A DNA stretch of 64,000 nt from Ptychomitrium polyphyllum (taxonomy: Eukaryota): assembly GCA_973851085.1 (NCBI GenBank), contig OZ316775.1, positions 14,198,001 through 14,262,000 on the forward strand. The letters run 5' to 3'. Position numbers and translations under genes: made by a program. How positions within the stretch are numbered: the first letter of the stretch is position 1; each line of letters opens with the position of its first letter. Positions 36,001 through 49,000 of this stretch are shown piece by piece. Under the pieces are notes generated by a model. The model ran no database searches and was not told the origin of the DNA. It was given only the letters and a program-made list of their open reading frames with translations.

Positions 36001-36732
36001 TATTGTTACGAAGATTTATTGTTCTCTGACGAATTTCCTCTACAATCCTTTGGCATGGGCAGGTGGAACTATAGTTGCGGCTCTTGAAGAACTTACGAAA
36101 CGTGGTGCTAATATTAGTCTAATTCGTGTGGTGAGTTCAAGCTGATCTAGTGTTCAAGATTACTCTTTTTTTCCGCGTGCATGGATGTGTTACCGTCAGC
36201 TGTCTACGTTCAAATCTTTCAAAATCAAACCAGTGTGTGAATTTTACATCTAGGTGCTTCTTTTTCGTTTCTTCTTGTATTATTGATGTGCTCATATGTT
36301 ATGGCACTTTGTTTGTGTGCAGGTTGCTGCGGTTGCTGCTCCACCCGCACTCAAAAAATTGAGTGAGAAATTTCCAGGGTGTGACACCTGACTGTGTTAA
36401 TTATTTCCTTTTAAAATACTAAGATTTGAGTTACTAAATCAATATTTTAGCATGTTGGCTTCTAAACTTTTCTCGTCCATCCGGATTTTTAGACTAACCC
36501 AAGCACACGATTGTGCAGGTTACGAGTATACGTGGGAATGATTGATGAAGAGCTCAACGAGAAAGGGTAATCCAGTTTTCACCAATGCATATTCCGAGTT
36601 GGTTCATTCCCTTCTACTATGTTACCGTGTAGTAGGGGGCTCTATCTAATTGTACATTGCGTGCTTTTTGGGTGCAGCTATATTGTACCAGGGTTTGGTG
36701 ATGCTGGTGACCGTAGCTTCGGCACTTCGTAG
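33097..36732 (+). CDS. UPP: Uracil phosphoribosyltransferase, plastid type, 12 exons, ~288 aa
   Basis: Transit-like N-terminus, then VYVPPHPLIKHW, MAELGRILIYEASRDWL, VVPILRAGL, YLNKLP, DPMLATGGT (PRPP loop), GYIVPGFGDAGDRSFGT. Exons 33097-33195, 33542-33673, 34060-34138, 34262-34320, 34430-34507, 34905-34986, 35351-35399, 35511-35572, 36063-36130, 36323-36378, 36519-36566, 36678-36732 (867 nt). Confidence 0.95.
33710..33724 (+). repeat. Interstitial plant telomere motif (telo-box) in UPP intron 2
   Basis: TAGGGTTTAGGGTTT seen directly. Confidence 0.7.
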
Positions 36733-37923
36733 ACTAGAGCGGATACTCCATAGAGTAGTTAACATTTTAAATGGGCACGAGTACTCCAGTTATTTGCATT
36801 CTAAGCTTTAGCAATCGTAAATTCCTTAAGAATCTCATTGCTATCCTTTGCGTGACTTTGAGTAACACTTCGAGCAACAGGCTTACAACTTTATGGATGG
36901 TCGAGGTTTTTCTTGCTGTGTATGTCTTTTTCACCTAGTGTTATGCTTCTTCAACTGCATCGCAACACAAATGTCATCTCAGTTTTCACAATCACACTTT
37001 GTGCACATATACGATACCGCTTCAGCCTAGGGTGACTGCATTGATTCATGACTCATCATATCAAGGGTGAGCTTTGGTTGTTATCTGAGTAGTTGACTTC
37101 CCTCAACTACACAATACACGACTCTGCACAAAAGAACTCCGATCCTAAGAACCGGCATATATGAAGAGTCTGTTCATTCAACACTTTGAACACGACTCTG
37201 CAGAAAATATTGTAAGCCCCTGGATAACTTACGGGCAGTATGAAACTACATCCGTTTTATGTATTTTTACAGTTTAACCCATGTGAAACATTGAAGGCAG
37301 GTAAGATGTCCATGGAACCATAGGGAAACCACTCCTACAGGTGCTGGCTTGCACGAAATTAAACATCGTTAACTTTGCCAGACGGGTCTTGACAACATCT
37401 CGAGAAATATAGAATTATATAAAAGAATTGACGCCAATATAGAGTATAACTTGAGCAGCACGAGCAATCGATCAGCTACTAGCCTTCCGTAAATACTTAC
37501 ACAGCTTGACAAAGTGAAATCGCTGCATGCGTTCTTCCCATGTTTATGCTCCAGAGTGGCGGCTTTAGTGAACTCATGGCGAAGGTGCCGCTGCAATTGC
37601 TGTGAATCTCGTTCTCGTCTTGCTATAGCTACACCAACTTCGAGCTTCTTGCGAGCGACAAAGTCCTCCAAGAGATGCACACCACCAGAACCATCACTGT
37701 CCCTCAAACCAACCAATCATCTACCACAGGCGTACATTCAAAGCTTTGTAGTCTACAGGTTTCGGAGACCCACGGGACAACAAACATGGTCGTAGACCTC
37801 AAGGCTTGCTTGGGCAGGCTCGCTTTGTCTGTTCTCTCTGGTTCTGCTTCTTCGCCTCTCCCGTAGGTGCAACAGTGGTGGTGTCGTCAAGAGAAGGTCA
37901 AGATACGTGCAAGAGATTACCTC

Positions 37924-40900
37924 ATGGCGGAGCCCGAACCACCCACAACTGCACCTTCAACCTCCTCCACAACTCCAAGGGTGCAAATCTACCTCCAGAA
38001 GTCCGACAGTGTGTCGCCTTACATGCGGGGTATAAGCTTGCCTATCCTACTCCGCTTCGTCTCTTCTCATGGATGGTTTCGTCGTACACCATTCAAAACT
38101 AGGATCTTGGCAACAGTGTGGGATTTTCTTATTTTTCCAGTTTGTGATTGGGTTCACTTGGACCCAACAGAATGGTTAGCTGGTTAGTTGGGTGGTGAGT
38201 CAGCGCTTAGATTCTAGAACTCAGTTTGAAGTTTTTGCCTAAGATCGTGGACCAGGGTGAGTTTTTAATCTTCAGTAGAGAAACGCTGGAAATTTAACGG
38301 ATGTGCTAAATAGGAGGCACTGAGAGGTTTATGTTCGTGGAACCTTAAACCCTAAACCCTAGAGCTCTTAGGGGTCCTATCCAAGTTTAGAATTGGATTT
38401 TGAAAAGTTTCTGGCATTGAGAAGAGTGCTTCTGCTCTGGGTTGCGTCTTTGTGACCATCAGCTGGAGTATGAGTTTCGCAGGGTCGTTTTGATTTAAAA
38501 TTATTTGCTCGACTGAATTTCGTTTTGCTCATGTTGGTGCATTTTCTTTCAAATCAATTGGTAACAAATTTTACAGCTCCGGAATAACTTGAATATTTAG
38601 TCTATAGATTGCATTCGGCTTTACTTGCCTCTGGAGTGCGTCTATCAGGTTTAGCGTTTAGTGCCAGGAACACACTAATCTGAAGGATGTGAAGGATATA
38701 CAATGCCAGGGGATTGTTTTATAAAGCATCTAGTAGATCATGAGATTTTGAGTAGTCGCTGATCGATATTCTGTGGCATCCTCAGACAAGTATGAAAGAG
38801 AAGCTGCCAAGAACTGGGACTTGTTTTACAAGCGGAATGCTGATCGTGTACGTGAATTCAACCATCGTAAACCACCACGATTTTGGGGTTGCCCCTAGTT
38901 AAATAAGGGTTTCATATTTTTTGTTATGGTCTTCACGTTCATCATAATGTTTTAAGTTGTGAAGAGATGCATGTTTCTGTAACTAAGAAATTAACAGTGA
39001 CCGTGATGAGTAAACGACTAATTATGAAACGTTCTTTGTTTGTGCAGTTTTTCAAGGATCGGCATTATCTCGACAAGGAATGGGGCGAGTACATTGGAGG
39101 CATGGTAGATATGCCTTCAATACTTTTCGAATTAAGTAGCCACGTAATGTTTTATGGTTCTCAAATACTTATTTTCAGATAATTGTGTTTCGGGAAATGT
39201 GAGTATTTGTTTGCTCTTTACTTGGCCAGTTCACTAGTCGGGTCTGTGTTTTCGCGATCTCAGCATGTCAGTTATTTCAGACCTTTCTTAGTTGATGATT
39301 TCTTATTGTATCCATGCAAGGTAGGATGCTGCCTCCTTACTCCAACTCTGGATCCGGTGATGATCTGCAGATTAACAAGAATGATCTCTTGGGTAGTAAA
39401 CGAGTGATTTTGGAGGTATGCATTTCTGCAGTTGTCATCTGCATGGTTTATTCTAGTAGCAATTTAAGATCTGCACAAAAATACTCAGAATGCGTTAGAT
39501 ATTTTACTGTTTGAGGGTCTAGACAGCTGCTGTACAGCTTCTGAATTCTGGCGGCTTTGATATCACAGGTTGGATGCGGTACTGGGAATACAGTGTTCCC
39601 CTTACTCGCTGAATATCCTGACATCTTTGTGCATGCCTGTGACTTCTCTGCTCGAGCTGTCAGCCTTGTCAAGGTATGTTCCCAAATATCCTACGATTGT
39701 GCACCCTGATGCTAGTTCTTATGTGTTGCATGCGATTTTATGCGATTTCTAGTAAATACTTAGTTACAAAAGAAGAGCATATGTAGCACCCTTTAAGAGG
39801 CCATTCTTAGCGTGTTCTGTTCAATCTTTATTATGCCTATTCTGTTGCACCAAGCTAGAGGATGACATGTAGAAGAAGAGGTAGCTGATGTTCAACATGA
39901 CAGGCACACAAAGATTATACAGGAGGCCGAGTGAATGCATTCGTATGTGATGCCACGTCCAAGGACTTATCTGCTTCCATACAACCTGCTTCTGTTGATG
40001 TCGTCACCCTGGTAAGAACAAGTTTGGGGTGTATTTTCTATTGAAATGTGACTGCTGTGATGGAAGTTATTGAGATCATTATATTATTTTGCTAATAATT
40101 TCATTTATGATTATAAAAGGAGTTCAGTTCATGGCAAACGAGTTATTACCTGTGTAGACCATGTAAATCAAGCAGATCTGAGACTTATGTCTTCTTTTTA
40201 AACAGGTGTTCATGCTATCAGCAGTTTCTCCTGAAAAAATGACGGATGTTCTACAGAATATTAAGCGGGTTCTTAAGGTTAGCATTTCAGGTGTCAAGTT
40301 ATTTAATAACATTGCAGCCCATAGGGGGTTTAAATTTCTTTCGCATATTTGTGAACTGTCAAAAATCCTTATTCAGCAATAATTTTTACTATTATCACAA
40401 AATCGATGCTGGCTCAGGCATGCTAGCACAATGTTGGAATTGTGGCTTGGTATTTGTCATGATAAGCCAAGCGTTTAATATTTATTTTATTTTATCTACT
40501 AAAAGACAGTTCTCCCGGAATATTCAGTGTCTTTCTTATCTTCGATATGCCTGCCAAGGTTTCCTAACTTTCCTGTGAAGTTGTCTTTCTAAAATCTTTA
40601 CTTGATGGGATTGGCTGGACAGCCAGGTGGTTATGTTTTGGTGCGGGATTACGCTGTGGGTGACCTGGCACAGGTATGATCTTTTTGCATTCGTTTAAGA
40701 ATGCTATCAATGCATCTATGTTATCGGAGGTTGAAATGATGTATTTGATATAGTCAAGGATAGCTTTGAGCATCATTGCCTTTCCTGATACAGTGTTTCT
40801 GCTCTCTACTGCAGAAGAGGTTGACAGAAAAGGATCAGAAAATTAGTGAAAACTTCTTTGCACGGGGTGATGGGACGGTATGTACCACACCACTCTTTAA

Positions 40901-42755
40901 CTGAAAGAGAAAGAGATCTTGCACGATGACTAAATTTCCTAAAGTTAGTCCGAGGTCGTACATGCATCACAAAAGTCTCGTGGTTTGTTCTACAAAAGTA
41001 AGTCAGAGGTGCATGCAGAATCTTCCGTTGTCATTAAGTCTTGGAGGTGGTTGTGAAGTGGAGGACTTTCGATTTGTTTTGAAACTAGTGCTAAATTTTA
41101 ATTTTGACTTGGGCTTCTGCAGCGTGCTTATTACTTCTCAGAAGACTCTCTTGTGGATTTGTTCAAAAAGGAGGGGCTGGTATGTCAGTCAGTCACTGTC
41201 CATTGCCGCCAAGTTGAGAACCGTTCTCGGGCGCTTCTTATGAATAGGTTGGTTCCTCGATTTTTTATTTGAAAGATGCCTCTGTTTAACACTTCAGTAT
41301 CTGTCATTGAGTGAACTTGGTTTGAAACAATATGTACATGAAAGCATTTTAATAAATAAAGTTGCAGTAGGGTCTGTTCTTGCCATGCAGAACACAATAC
41401 TATTGTCGCAGATTACATGTTTCATGCTCTTCTTCGTTGTTATATACAGTGTCTGACTACTCATGGTAATTTTCCTTGTTTATTGCTTTGATCAAATTGC
41501 TGGATTAAAGATTGGATATGTAATGATTGATTGTTTGGAACACCTATACAGGCGCTGGATTCAAGGAGAGTTCCTCCTGCCTGCGAATGGAGAAGATAAG
41601 ACGCAAGCTTCTCCTGCTACCTCAAAGGAAGACATTCAAGAAGCAGCACACGCCAGCACTTTGGCTCAGGAGTCGTTCGCTTATGACTATTCGGAGGGCG
41701 TCGCAACTCTTTTCTTGGCAAAACCTACGGTTGAGGTGAGTGTAAAGTAAGTTAACGAGGTACTCGTCTTCTCCTCGAGGAGATTGTCTATCCTGCTTCG
41801 TCAATGTCTCACAGTTTCGAGCAAGTATTTTTGAAGTTACACAATAAATGTTCTTTTCTATTGAATGCGAAGGTGCGAAGATACTAATAAGGTAGACGCA
41901 CCTGAAGTGGTTAGACTAAACAATCATCAGATAATCTATGACCCACTTAAAAACACGTAACATCCCAATGAACCTGAAATGAGTACTCTTTAACGACATT
42001 TTCTGTTTCAGACGTACGAAAATACTTAGGTACCTCTATCATTCACCAATTGTGGTCATTTCTGATAGGTGACAACAATCAAAGTTGGCAATCACTTTCT
42101 GCTGGCCAAATGCCTAGCGAAGGAACACCAACACACGGTGAAAGCTACAGGTCTACTTCTCTGGGATGCAGCTCCAGCATTGGCAGCTGTGCTGGAGGCC
42201 AATCAATCTCTCTTGAAGGACAAGCGAGTATTGGAGCTTGGTTGTGGAGCAACTGCTCTTTGCTCCTTGATTGCATCAAACTCTGCTGCAACCATCTTTG
42301 CCACCGATGGCGACCCAGCAAGCATGAGCCTTCTTGAGGAAAACATGGAACTGAACTCTAGTTCTTTCCCTGTCAAGAAAGTATACTGCCGGACACTGAA
42401 GTGGGGAAAGAAAGGCGACATTGAAGCTATCCAGTCTGAAAACGAAGATTTGGGCTTCGAGTTGATTGTGGGTACTGACGTCACATATGTGGCTGCTGCT
42501 GTGCCACTTCTGTTTGAGACTGCCAGCTCTCTTATAGGTAAACAAAATACCTCTATGCTCATGCTATGCCACTATGCTAGGAAGGTAGCAGAGAGTGACA
42601 TCCTTGCAACGGCTGCGGCTCATGGGTTTTCTTATTTTGATATATGGAAATCCCATTCTCACGAGCTTGTAGTTCCTGCGAATCTCCAGGATACAGCTTC
42701 CGGGAACGGTCCACTGAGATTGTTGTGTTTCCGACCATCAGAGCATCTCCAATGA
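37924..42755 (+). CDS. Two-domain SAM methyltransferase: N-terminal METTL2/6 (Trm140)-type tRNA m3C domain + C-terminal family-16 (METTL21-like) domain, 12 exons, ~554 aa
   Basis: KYEREAAKNWDLFYKRN..FFKDRHYL, ILEVGCGTGNTVFPL, ACDFSARA, FMLSAVSP, KPGG..RDYA.GDLAQ, RGDGTRAYYF, RRWIQG; then TGLLLWDAA, VLELGCGA, ATDGD, LKWG, IVGTDVTY. Exons 37924-38029, 38786-38847, 39048-39104, 39371-39415, 39569-39673, 39904-40011, 40206-40277, 40623-40673, 40815-40877, 41123-41247, 41552-41735, 42069-42755; intron 3 boundaries are ambiguous. Confidence 0.92.
38346..38361 (+). repeat. Interstitial telo-box in methyltransferase intron 1
   Basis: TAAACCCTAAACCCTA seen directly. Confidence 0.7.
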
Positions 42756-43369
42756 AAACAAGTGAATCTTACCGTATTTTTTCGTCCTTCAAGATAAACG
42801 GGTTAAAATGCCTGGAAATTGTGCTTTTTTAAAGAAAATTAATTTAGATGCACTGCCATGATTTTTGTTCTAAGCTTTATCTATGTAGATATTTAAGTAG
42901 GGTTTAATTCTTACCCTATTCTTTGAGGCTGTCGTACCTCTTCTCAATCATTCCAAGTAATAATATTACGAAAGTGAGACCGACGTGAGACTGGAAATGT
43001 ACAAAGTCAATCTTGGTGAATCTGTACCTGTAAATTTCCGAGGTCCACAGAAATCAAATCTCCACACCACTGAAGTCTCCAGTTCACCTTCGGATACTGT
43101 AGATTAGACCAGGCTCATTGAGTTCATCAGGTCAAGTTCAAAGTGCAGTAAGATCCATAGCTTGGAGATTTAATTGATTTTATTACGTTTAACTCCGCTG
43201 AGAAGTTGATATCCATCAAACACATCAATAGTGACTCTGTTGACCTTTACCTCCAGTGGCATTGTATGCTTGACATGCACTGGCTTTATACTATGTGAGT
43301 GGGGATTCATTTCCTGGATGATACTGTGCCCCAAGTGAGATCAGTATAGAAGTGCTAACTGAGGTTAAT

Positions 43370-46033
43370 TCACATTAGTGGGCGATGGTCCACAGCGTCA
43401 AGCATCTTGGCCGCTATATATCCCGCAAATGTCGATGACCCTTCTAAGATCTGCACAGAATACATTGAACACGCTTGATTATTCTCACCCTTTAGTCACC
43501 TTTTTTAAGAGAATTGGCCCACTTCTGAACATGTAAAGAATCAACTTGACATTGGTAAGGCAGAAAAGCCATTACCAAGTGCTGCTTACTTGCGACAGTT
43601 AGTAAAATTTTACTCCTGTACGTGCTAATGATTCAACCTTTTCAATTCGTGTAATTGCATCAGACTGATACTCTTGGATTTGAGTCTCGTAACTTGCATC
43701 ACTTTGAAACCCTATAAGTGATTTTATATGTTACCGTATCCAAATAATGCATTTCACACATGTAACGGTACCAGTTTTTGTAATGAAGTTGAGCTACATG
43801 TAGTTAAAATCTTTCTTTATTTTAAAATGACAATGCAAATACCAGTGTGATAGAAGTTCACTGAATTTGGAATCAAGTCATTTCATCGAGAGCACCTAAT
43901 TCTTTTTGTTGTGAGAGTTCCTTTGTTTCAAAGTTTATGCAATGTCCTCACCTTGGTGTTGAAGAGAAAAACATCATGTTCGCCAATACTGGCACCGCTG
44001 GCCTGCAAGAGATCCAAATGAAGCTCCAGTAGAACGCCAAACACATCCAACAAACAATTTTTCCGTCTCCTTTGTGTGAGTTTAATAGTGACCTCATCAT
44101 GCACGATTCTCACATCTACTTGGGTCCCGCTCTGGGAGGTTCTCTGCAACCATGAGCTTCGGAGATGGGATCCATCTACTGTGTAAGCATCGTTGCCTTT
44201 CTGAATGAACGTCTGACAGTTGGAAGCACTGTCGGTGATAGACTCCCCTGGTGCTCCACCTGCACCATCTGCAAGCTCCATGGAGCGGTGTGACCGTTTC
44301 CGGCCGCTTAAACCTCCTGCTGCTCGCCTCTTCTCCTGTACCAGAAGTTGAAGCTCTTGAACCGTGCGCTTCAGCTCCTTCACGTAGTCTATTGCGTCTG
44401 CCACGATGGATGCTCTGTCTGCCTGCAAACCAAGGAAAAAATTACGAAAGTATTAATTAATAATTAATACTTGTATATTAATAAAAGTAACAAGGTAAGT
44501 TAATAATCAAGACTTGGGGTGGCCATGTTGTGAGTAGTTCTAAGTTTCTGGTTGCTTCTACGGAGGTGGATCAAAATATTTCATGAAAAAATCCTCAATG
44601 AAGGAGAGTATTTAACTTTCAACTTCAGAAATTCAAGCCTTGTAATTTTCTACAATACATTGTACAAGATGTTTTTACTCAATTTTTCCAGCTCAGACAC
44701 GATGAAACCAGGGTAAATTTTTGTGGAATACCTTGGTGGGGTTGGGCACCAAAGACCGGAGAGTTTGATATTTCTCATTCAGAAACTCCCGTCTCTGTCT
44801 CTCGGTTGCGAAATGGTTCACCCCCCTTGGCTCCCCACTTTTCCCCGTCGCTCCGATGCTACTGTCCCCACGTTTCAAAGCAAACGGTGATGTCGCAGCT
44901 TTTCCATCTGCGTCATCTCTGTCCTGATCAAGGTCCAACAGAATGGGGGCTTGCCGACTCAAAAGAGAATTACCACTGGCGTTGTTGCCAGTCAGATCCC
45001 CTCTCGGCAAGCTATGAAAGAAGCTGCTGGCAGCAGTTTGGGTTGCCCCTAAGTTGGGGTGATGAAGAGTACCATGGCTGAGTCCCAGCCGGCTCTCGAA
45101 AAACTCTCCCGTGTTCACAGGCCCAGCAATTGTCGAAGAGGAGTACAACGGCCCCTTGCCTCTGTTGTTAGCGGTGAAGCTAGGCAGAGAGGAAGTTCTT
45201 GGCAGCTGCAACAAGCTCAGCAGCTCCGACTCGCCTGGAAAACTGGTCGACTTCATACTGTGGCTGTACGACGGAGCTCCTGAATCAGTATTTCCTGAGC
45301 GGTGGTGATCATGAGCCGACATGGAGTAGGTATGAGAAAACACTTGCTCAGCTTGCGATTGGTAGATTTGCTGCGCTTGTTGCTGTTGTTGCATGAGCAG
45401 CATCTCTTGGAGGACGTGAAGACTATCTTCCCATGCACTCGCCGACGCACCACCCTAAAATAAAATAAAATCAGTCATACGAGGACTCTTCCAATGAATA
45501 CTAATTAGCTAGATTGGACTGAATAAAAATCTTGCCGTCGTACAGAAAGTGCAGAAATTGGTTGTGAATGAACTGGTCGGTACGGTGTACATTTTGATTC
45601 CAGGGTGACATATTTAAAACCCTTCACTGAAGAATTATATTAATTTTGGTACCTGGGAAGCTTGTGTCGACTGGCCTGACAGGGTTTGGGATTGCTGTTG
45701 TAGCATGTCCTGCAGCAGTTGACTATGGTCATCGGCCACATCATAGGCCGAGGCGTTTAGGTCGCCTGTGAAGGTGCCGCTTAAGTTGTTCTCCACAGTA
45801 GAGTCGATGCCTCCAGATGGGAGTTCTCCTAGACCTGGGAAGGCAGCGGATGGATCCAGTCTATCTAGGCTTGTGGCGGTGAAGTTGGCCATTAGACTGG
45901 TGGTCTGCATGTTTCTGCCAGGCTGGACATCGTGGTTAGTGTCTGAGTCTATTGTGAAGCTTTCTTGGCCGCCAAAATAACCTGTATCGTTATATGTCAT
46001 GTTGGTATTGTTGGTGCTGTTGTAGCGTTGCAT
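43370..46033 (-). CDS. bHLH transcription factor, clade II (bHLH010/089/091, EAT1/TIP2-like) with C-terminal ACT-like domain, 4 coding exons, ~551 aa
   Basis: NHFATERQRREFLNEKYQTLRSLVPNPTK|ADRASIVADAIDYVKEL; LRSSWLQR..TQVDVRIVHDEVTIKL..IGEH..FLFNTK|ILEGSS..AGYIAAK. Exons 46033-45653, 45454-44732, 44422-43952, 43450-43370 (1656 nt). Start codon less certain because the frame stays open to an acceptor near 46084. Confidence 0.92.
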
Positions 46034-49000
46034 GTTGGTGGAGAGCACTGTTGAAGGGTACTGCCACTTTACTCCCTTGCAAACCTGCAAGGATATTTCC
46101 ATTCATGAATAAAACAAATGTTCAATATTTCCGTAAGCCTGTTAGATATTTATATAATGATTTCGGTGTATTACCTCAAGTTCCAGTGATATGAACAAAG
46201 ATTGTTACAGACTACCTGCCTCCGGGTTACAGCAGTACAAAGAGACCCGGATTCACTGACTTTTGCCAGGGTTGGCGCCTGTGAGCAACGTGTCTGTTTT
46301 CTATTGCTGTCTTGAAAGTACTGAAATATATCTTGAAGTATGACCCTCTTTTGAAATACGTCCAAATTTTCCATGAAATGAAGGGTCACAAGGGAGTATC
46401 GCACTGTAAGTGTACGATTATTCACCCTTAGGCACTGCTAATTTGACAACATTACAAGGGAGGGAAGACATCTCTACTTCTGAGCTCAGTTTTGTGATAT
46501 AGTCTGTCTGATCCGGCCAGGGACGCCAGTGAACAATTTAAGGTCTAATTACGAGTACTCTAAATTAGTTGAATAGCCTGAGCGCACTTTAAATGAATAA
46601 TTAATCCAGTTCAGATAAGCCTTTTTAGAGCACTTACATCCAGGTGAGAGCATTCTTTGTACCACGTCTACACAGGAAAGACGAAAAATTTCTGAACAAA
46701 AGAACAGCCCATTAAGAGCCATAACCCAATATGATATAGTGGCAAGACAGCTTTTAAAGCTCCAGCCACCCAGGTAACATCAAAACTCTAAGCATTTACA
46801 GTTCCAGTAATTGCAACCCAAGCTGCGAAAAATCAAGCTGCTCTAGAACGAGGAGGAATGTGTGAGTTCAAGATCTCCATATCTTAGCAGATGATCAGAT
46901 TTTGATCATAAAGTTGGTAATATCACAAACGACAAAAAACGCTGCGTCGAGTTCACAGAATTGAAGGAATGAAGAGGCGCACTGTGATTATACGTACTTG
47001 GAGTTGGTCGTGATTGAGGAGAAAGTTCCCCGACGAAGCTGGCTTCCCGGACAGCCTTGCGAAATTCCTTGTGAAGTTGCTGACATGACTCCTCCTCGTC
47101 TGATCCGATGCAAACGATCCGCTCTCACAATTCGAGGAGATCTGCAACCACATGACCATACAGAGCCCACGTAAAATAATATGTTAGTACAACTCAGATA
47201 CCACAAAACTCTCTCCTTGAATGTTTTGCGAAATCATCAAAGAGCACTCAGAATAGTATTATGATAGTGTACTACAGTAGCAGCTTCTTCATGGTGTCAT
47301 TCTTTGCGGTTTCTTCGCTGGCCTAGGTGGGAAGGAACATGCATGCATTTGCTTGATCCCGGGGGAGACGTCCCTTTTCTACCACAGATGAACTCTCAAA
47401 TGGACCACTCTACAGTGAGTGATATGACACTTCCTTGGATTAATGCCGGTCACTAATAATTTTTCTTGACTAGATTGCAACTTCTGACCTACTAACCAAT
47501 TCAGTCAGACTTCAGAGTGGTTAGACGTGAGCAGCAGGCTGCAGCACTGACTAGCCTAATCGATGACGCTCCATAACTACATTCCGATCTAACTACTACC
47601 CTCTGATCAAGGTTTAGGAAGTCACTCAGAGAAAAAACTGCCGCTAATTATATTGCCTGGTGAGTACAGAGTTGTGCATACGAAACTTCAGAAACCAAAT
47701 TGAACAGGCTAACCTTTCGTAGAAGATAAAGCTAATTTTCAATTCAAGGTAGCCCAGAATATACTCGTCGAGGTCGTTAATTAATCGGCTACGCTAATCT
47801 CAGAATGACCTGAATTTTTTTGGTAAGAAAGGAGATCTGTAACACGGCTGAAACATTAGCCATCTAATGACTACGATCTCCCTTGAGAGAGTCAATTGGT
47901 CTGTATCTGGAAGTGCTTTGCATGACAGCTAAGACTCATAAGAAATAGGATACGCAAAACGTTGTTAGTCTGAACTGTGATACCGCAAAGTCCAGTCCCA
48001 GTTCTAGTTTCAGTCAATTATAAGAAACCGACATCACTGACTCCTGCCTAAGGGGCATGGTCACTAAGTCAAACATGACCTCTGAACTGTATTTCATAGG
48101 ATTCTTGGCTAGTTACTTCATAACATTTAAGCTCAATAACATTCGGTCAATTCGAATATAGAGCTGTAAATTCTGTGTGTCAGAAACTTAATCGCCAAAC
48201 TAAAGTGCGAAGACTTTGAGCACTATTCAATCAGACAGAAGCGGGCCCGGCCATTTGGTCATGTTCTTGTAACATAGTTCGGCAGTTTCGTGCAATCAAC
48301 TGTTCAGTGGGATGTTATAATTCTTTAATAGCTAAGCTGTAAACCTACCTGCGATTGAATGCTGATGGACACTCTTCTGAAGTTGGTATGTGTTACGTGC
48401 GAGTCGTATCTAGGGATACATTTAAAAGGTAAGTTACAACGTATACACCACAACGTTTCGAAGTTAATAGCTGCTCCGAACATATCACTCAGGAGTCGTA
48501 TCGGAATCTCAAGATAGACGAACATCGTAATCAATATTCAATACAGTGGAGAGAAACGGGATAGGACGTAGAGCTCTACCAGGTCTCTCATACCCTTAAT
48601 ATCCTCAGGGCGTGCACTTCAGACCGGGTTGGAGAGAAGATTTAAAAGCGACTCGCTCCGAGTGAGATCAACACAGGGTCTTGGCAAGAGCGGAGTTTGG
48701 ACTACCCCAGCTTCTTGAGAGAAGTAGAATTCCTGCGCCCAAGGTGGATTCAAAGAGAAATCAAAAGCCCACCAAGATTAAAATTATTTTTCTCACAATG
48801 CAGGCACCAAGTGTTCTTTATCGGGGGCATAACAAACTTTTAAGTCTGGTTCGCCAAGCATGCACTACAGTCAGAAGCAAAAGCCTAGGCTTGGTTATCG
48901 TCAGACGAACCCCGACGCGCTCACACCGTGACCAAACTCTTGAGCTTCCAGGCCAACTTACTCTGGGCCTTACGTTCTACAATGGTCAAGTTCGATGAAT

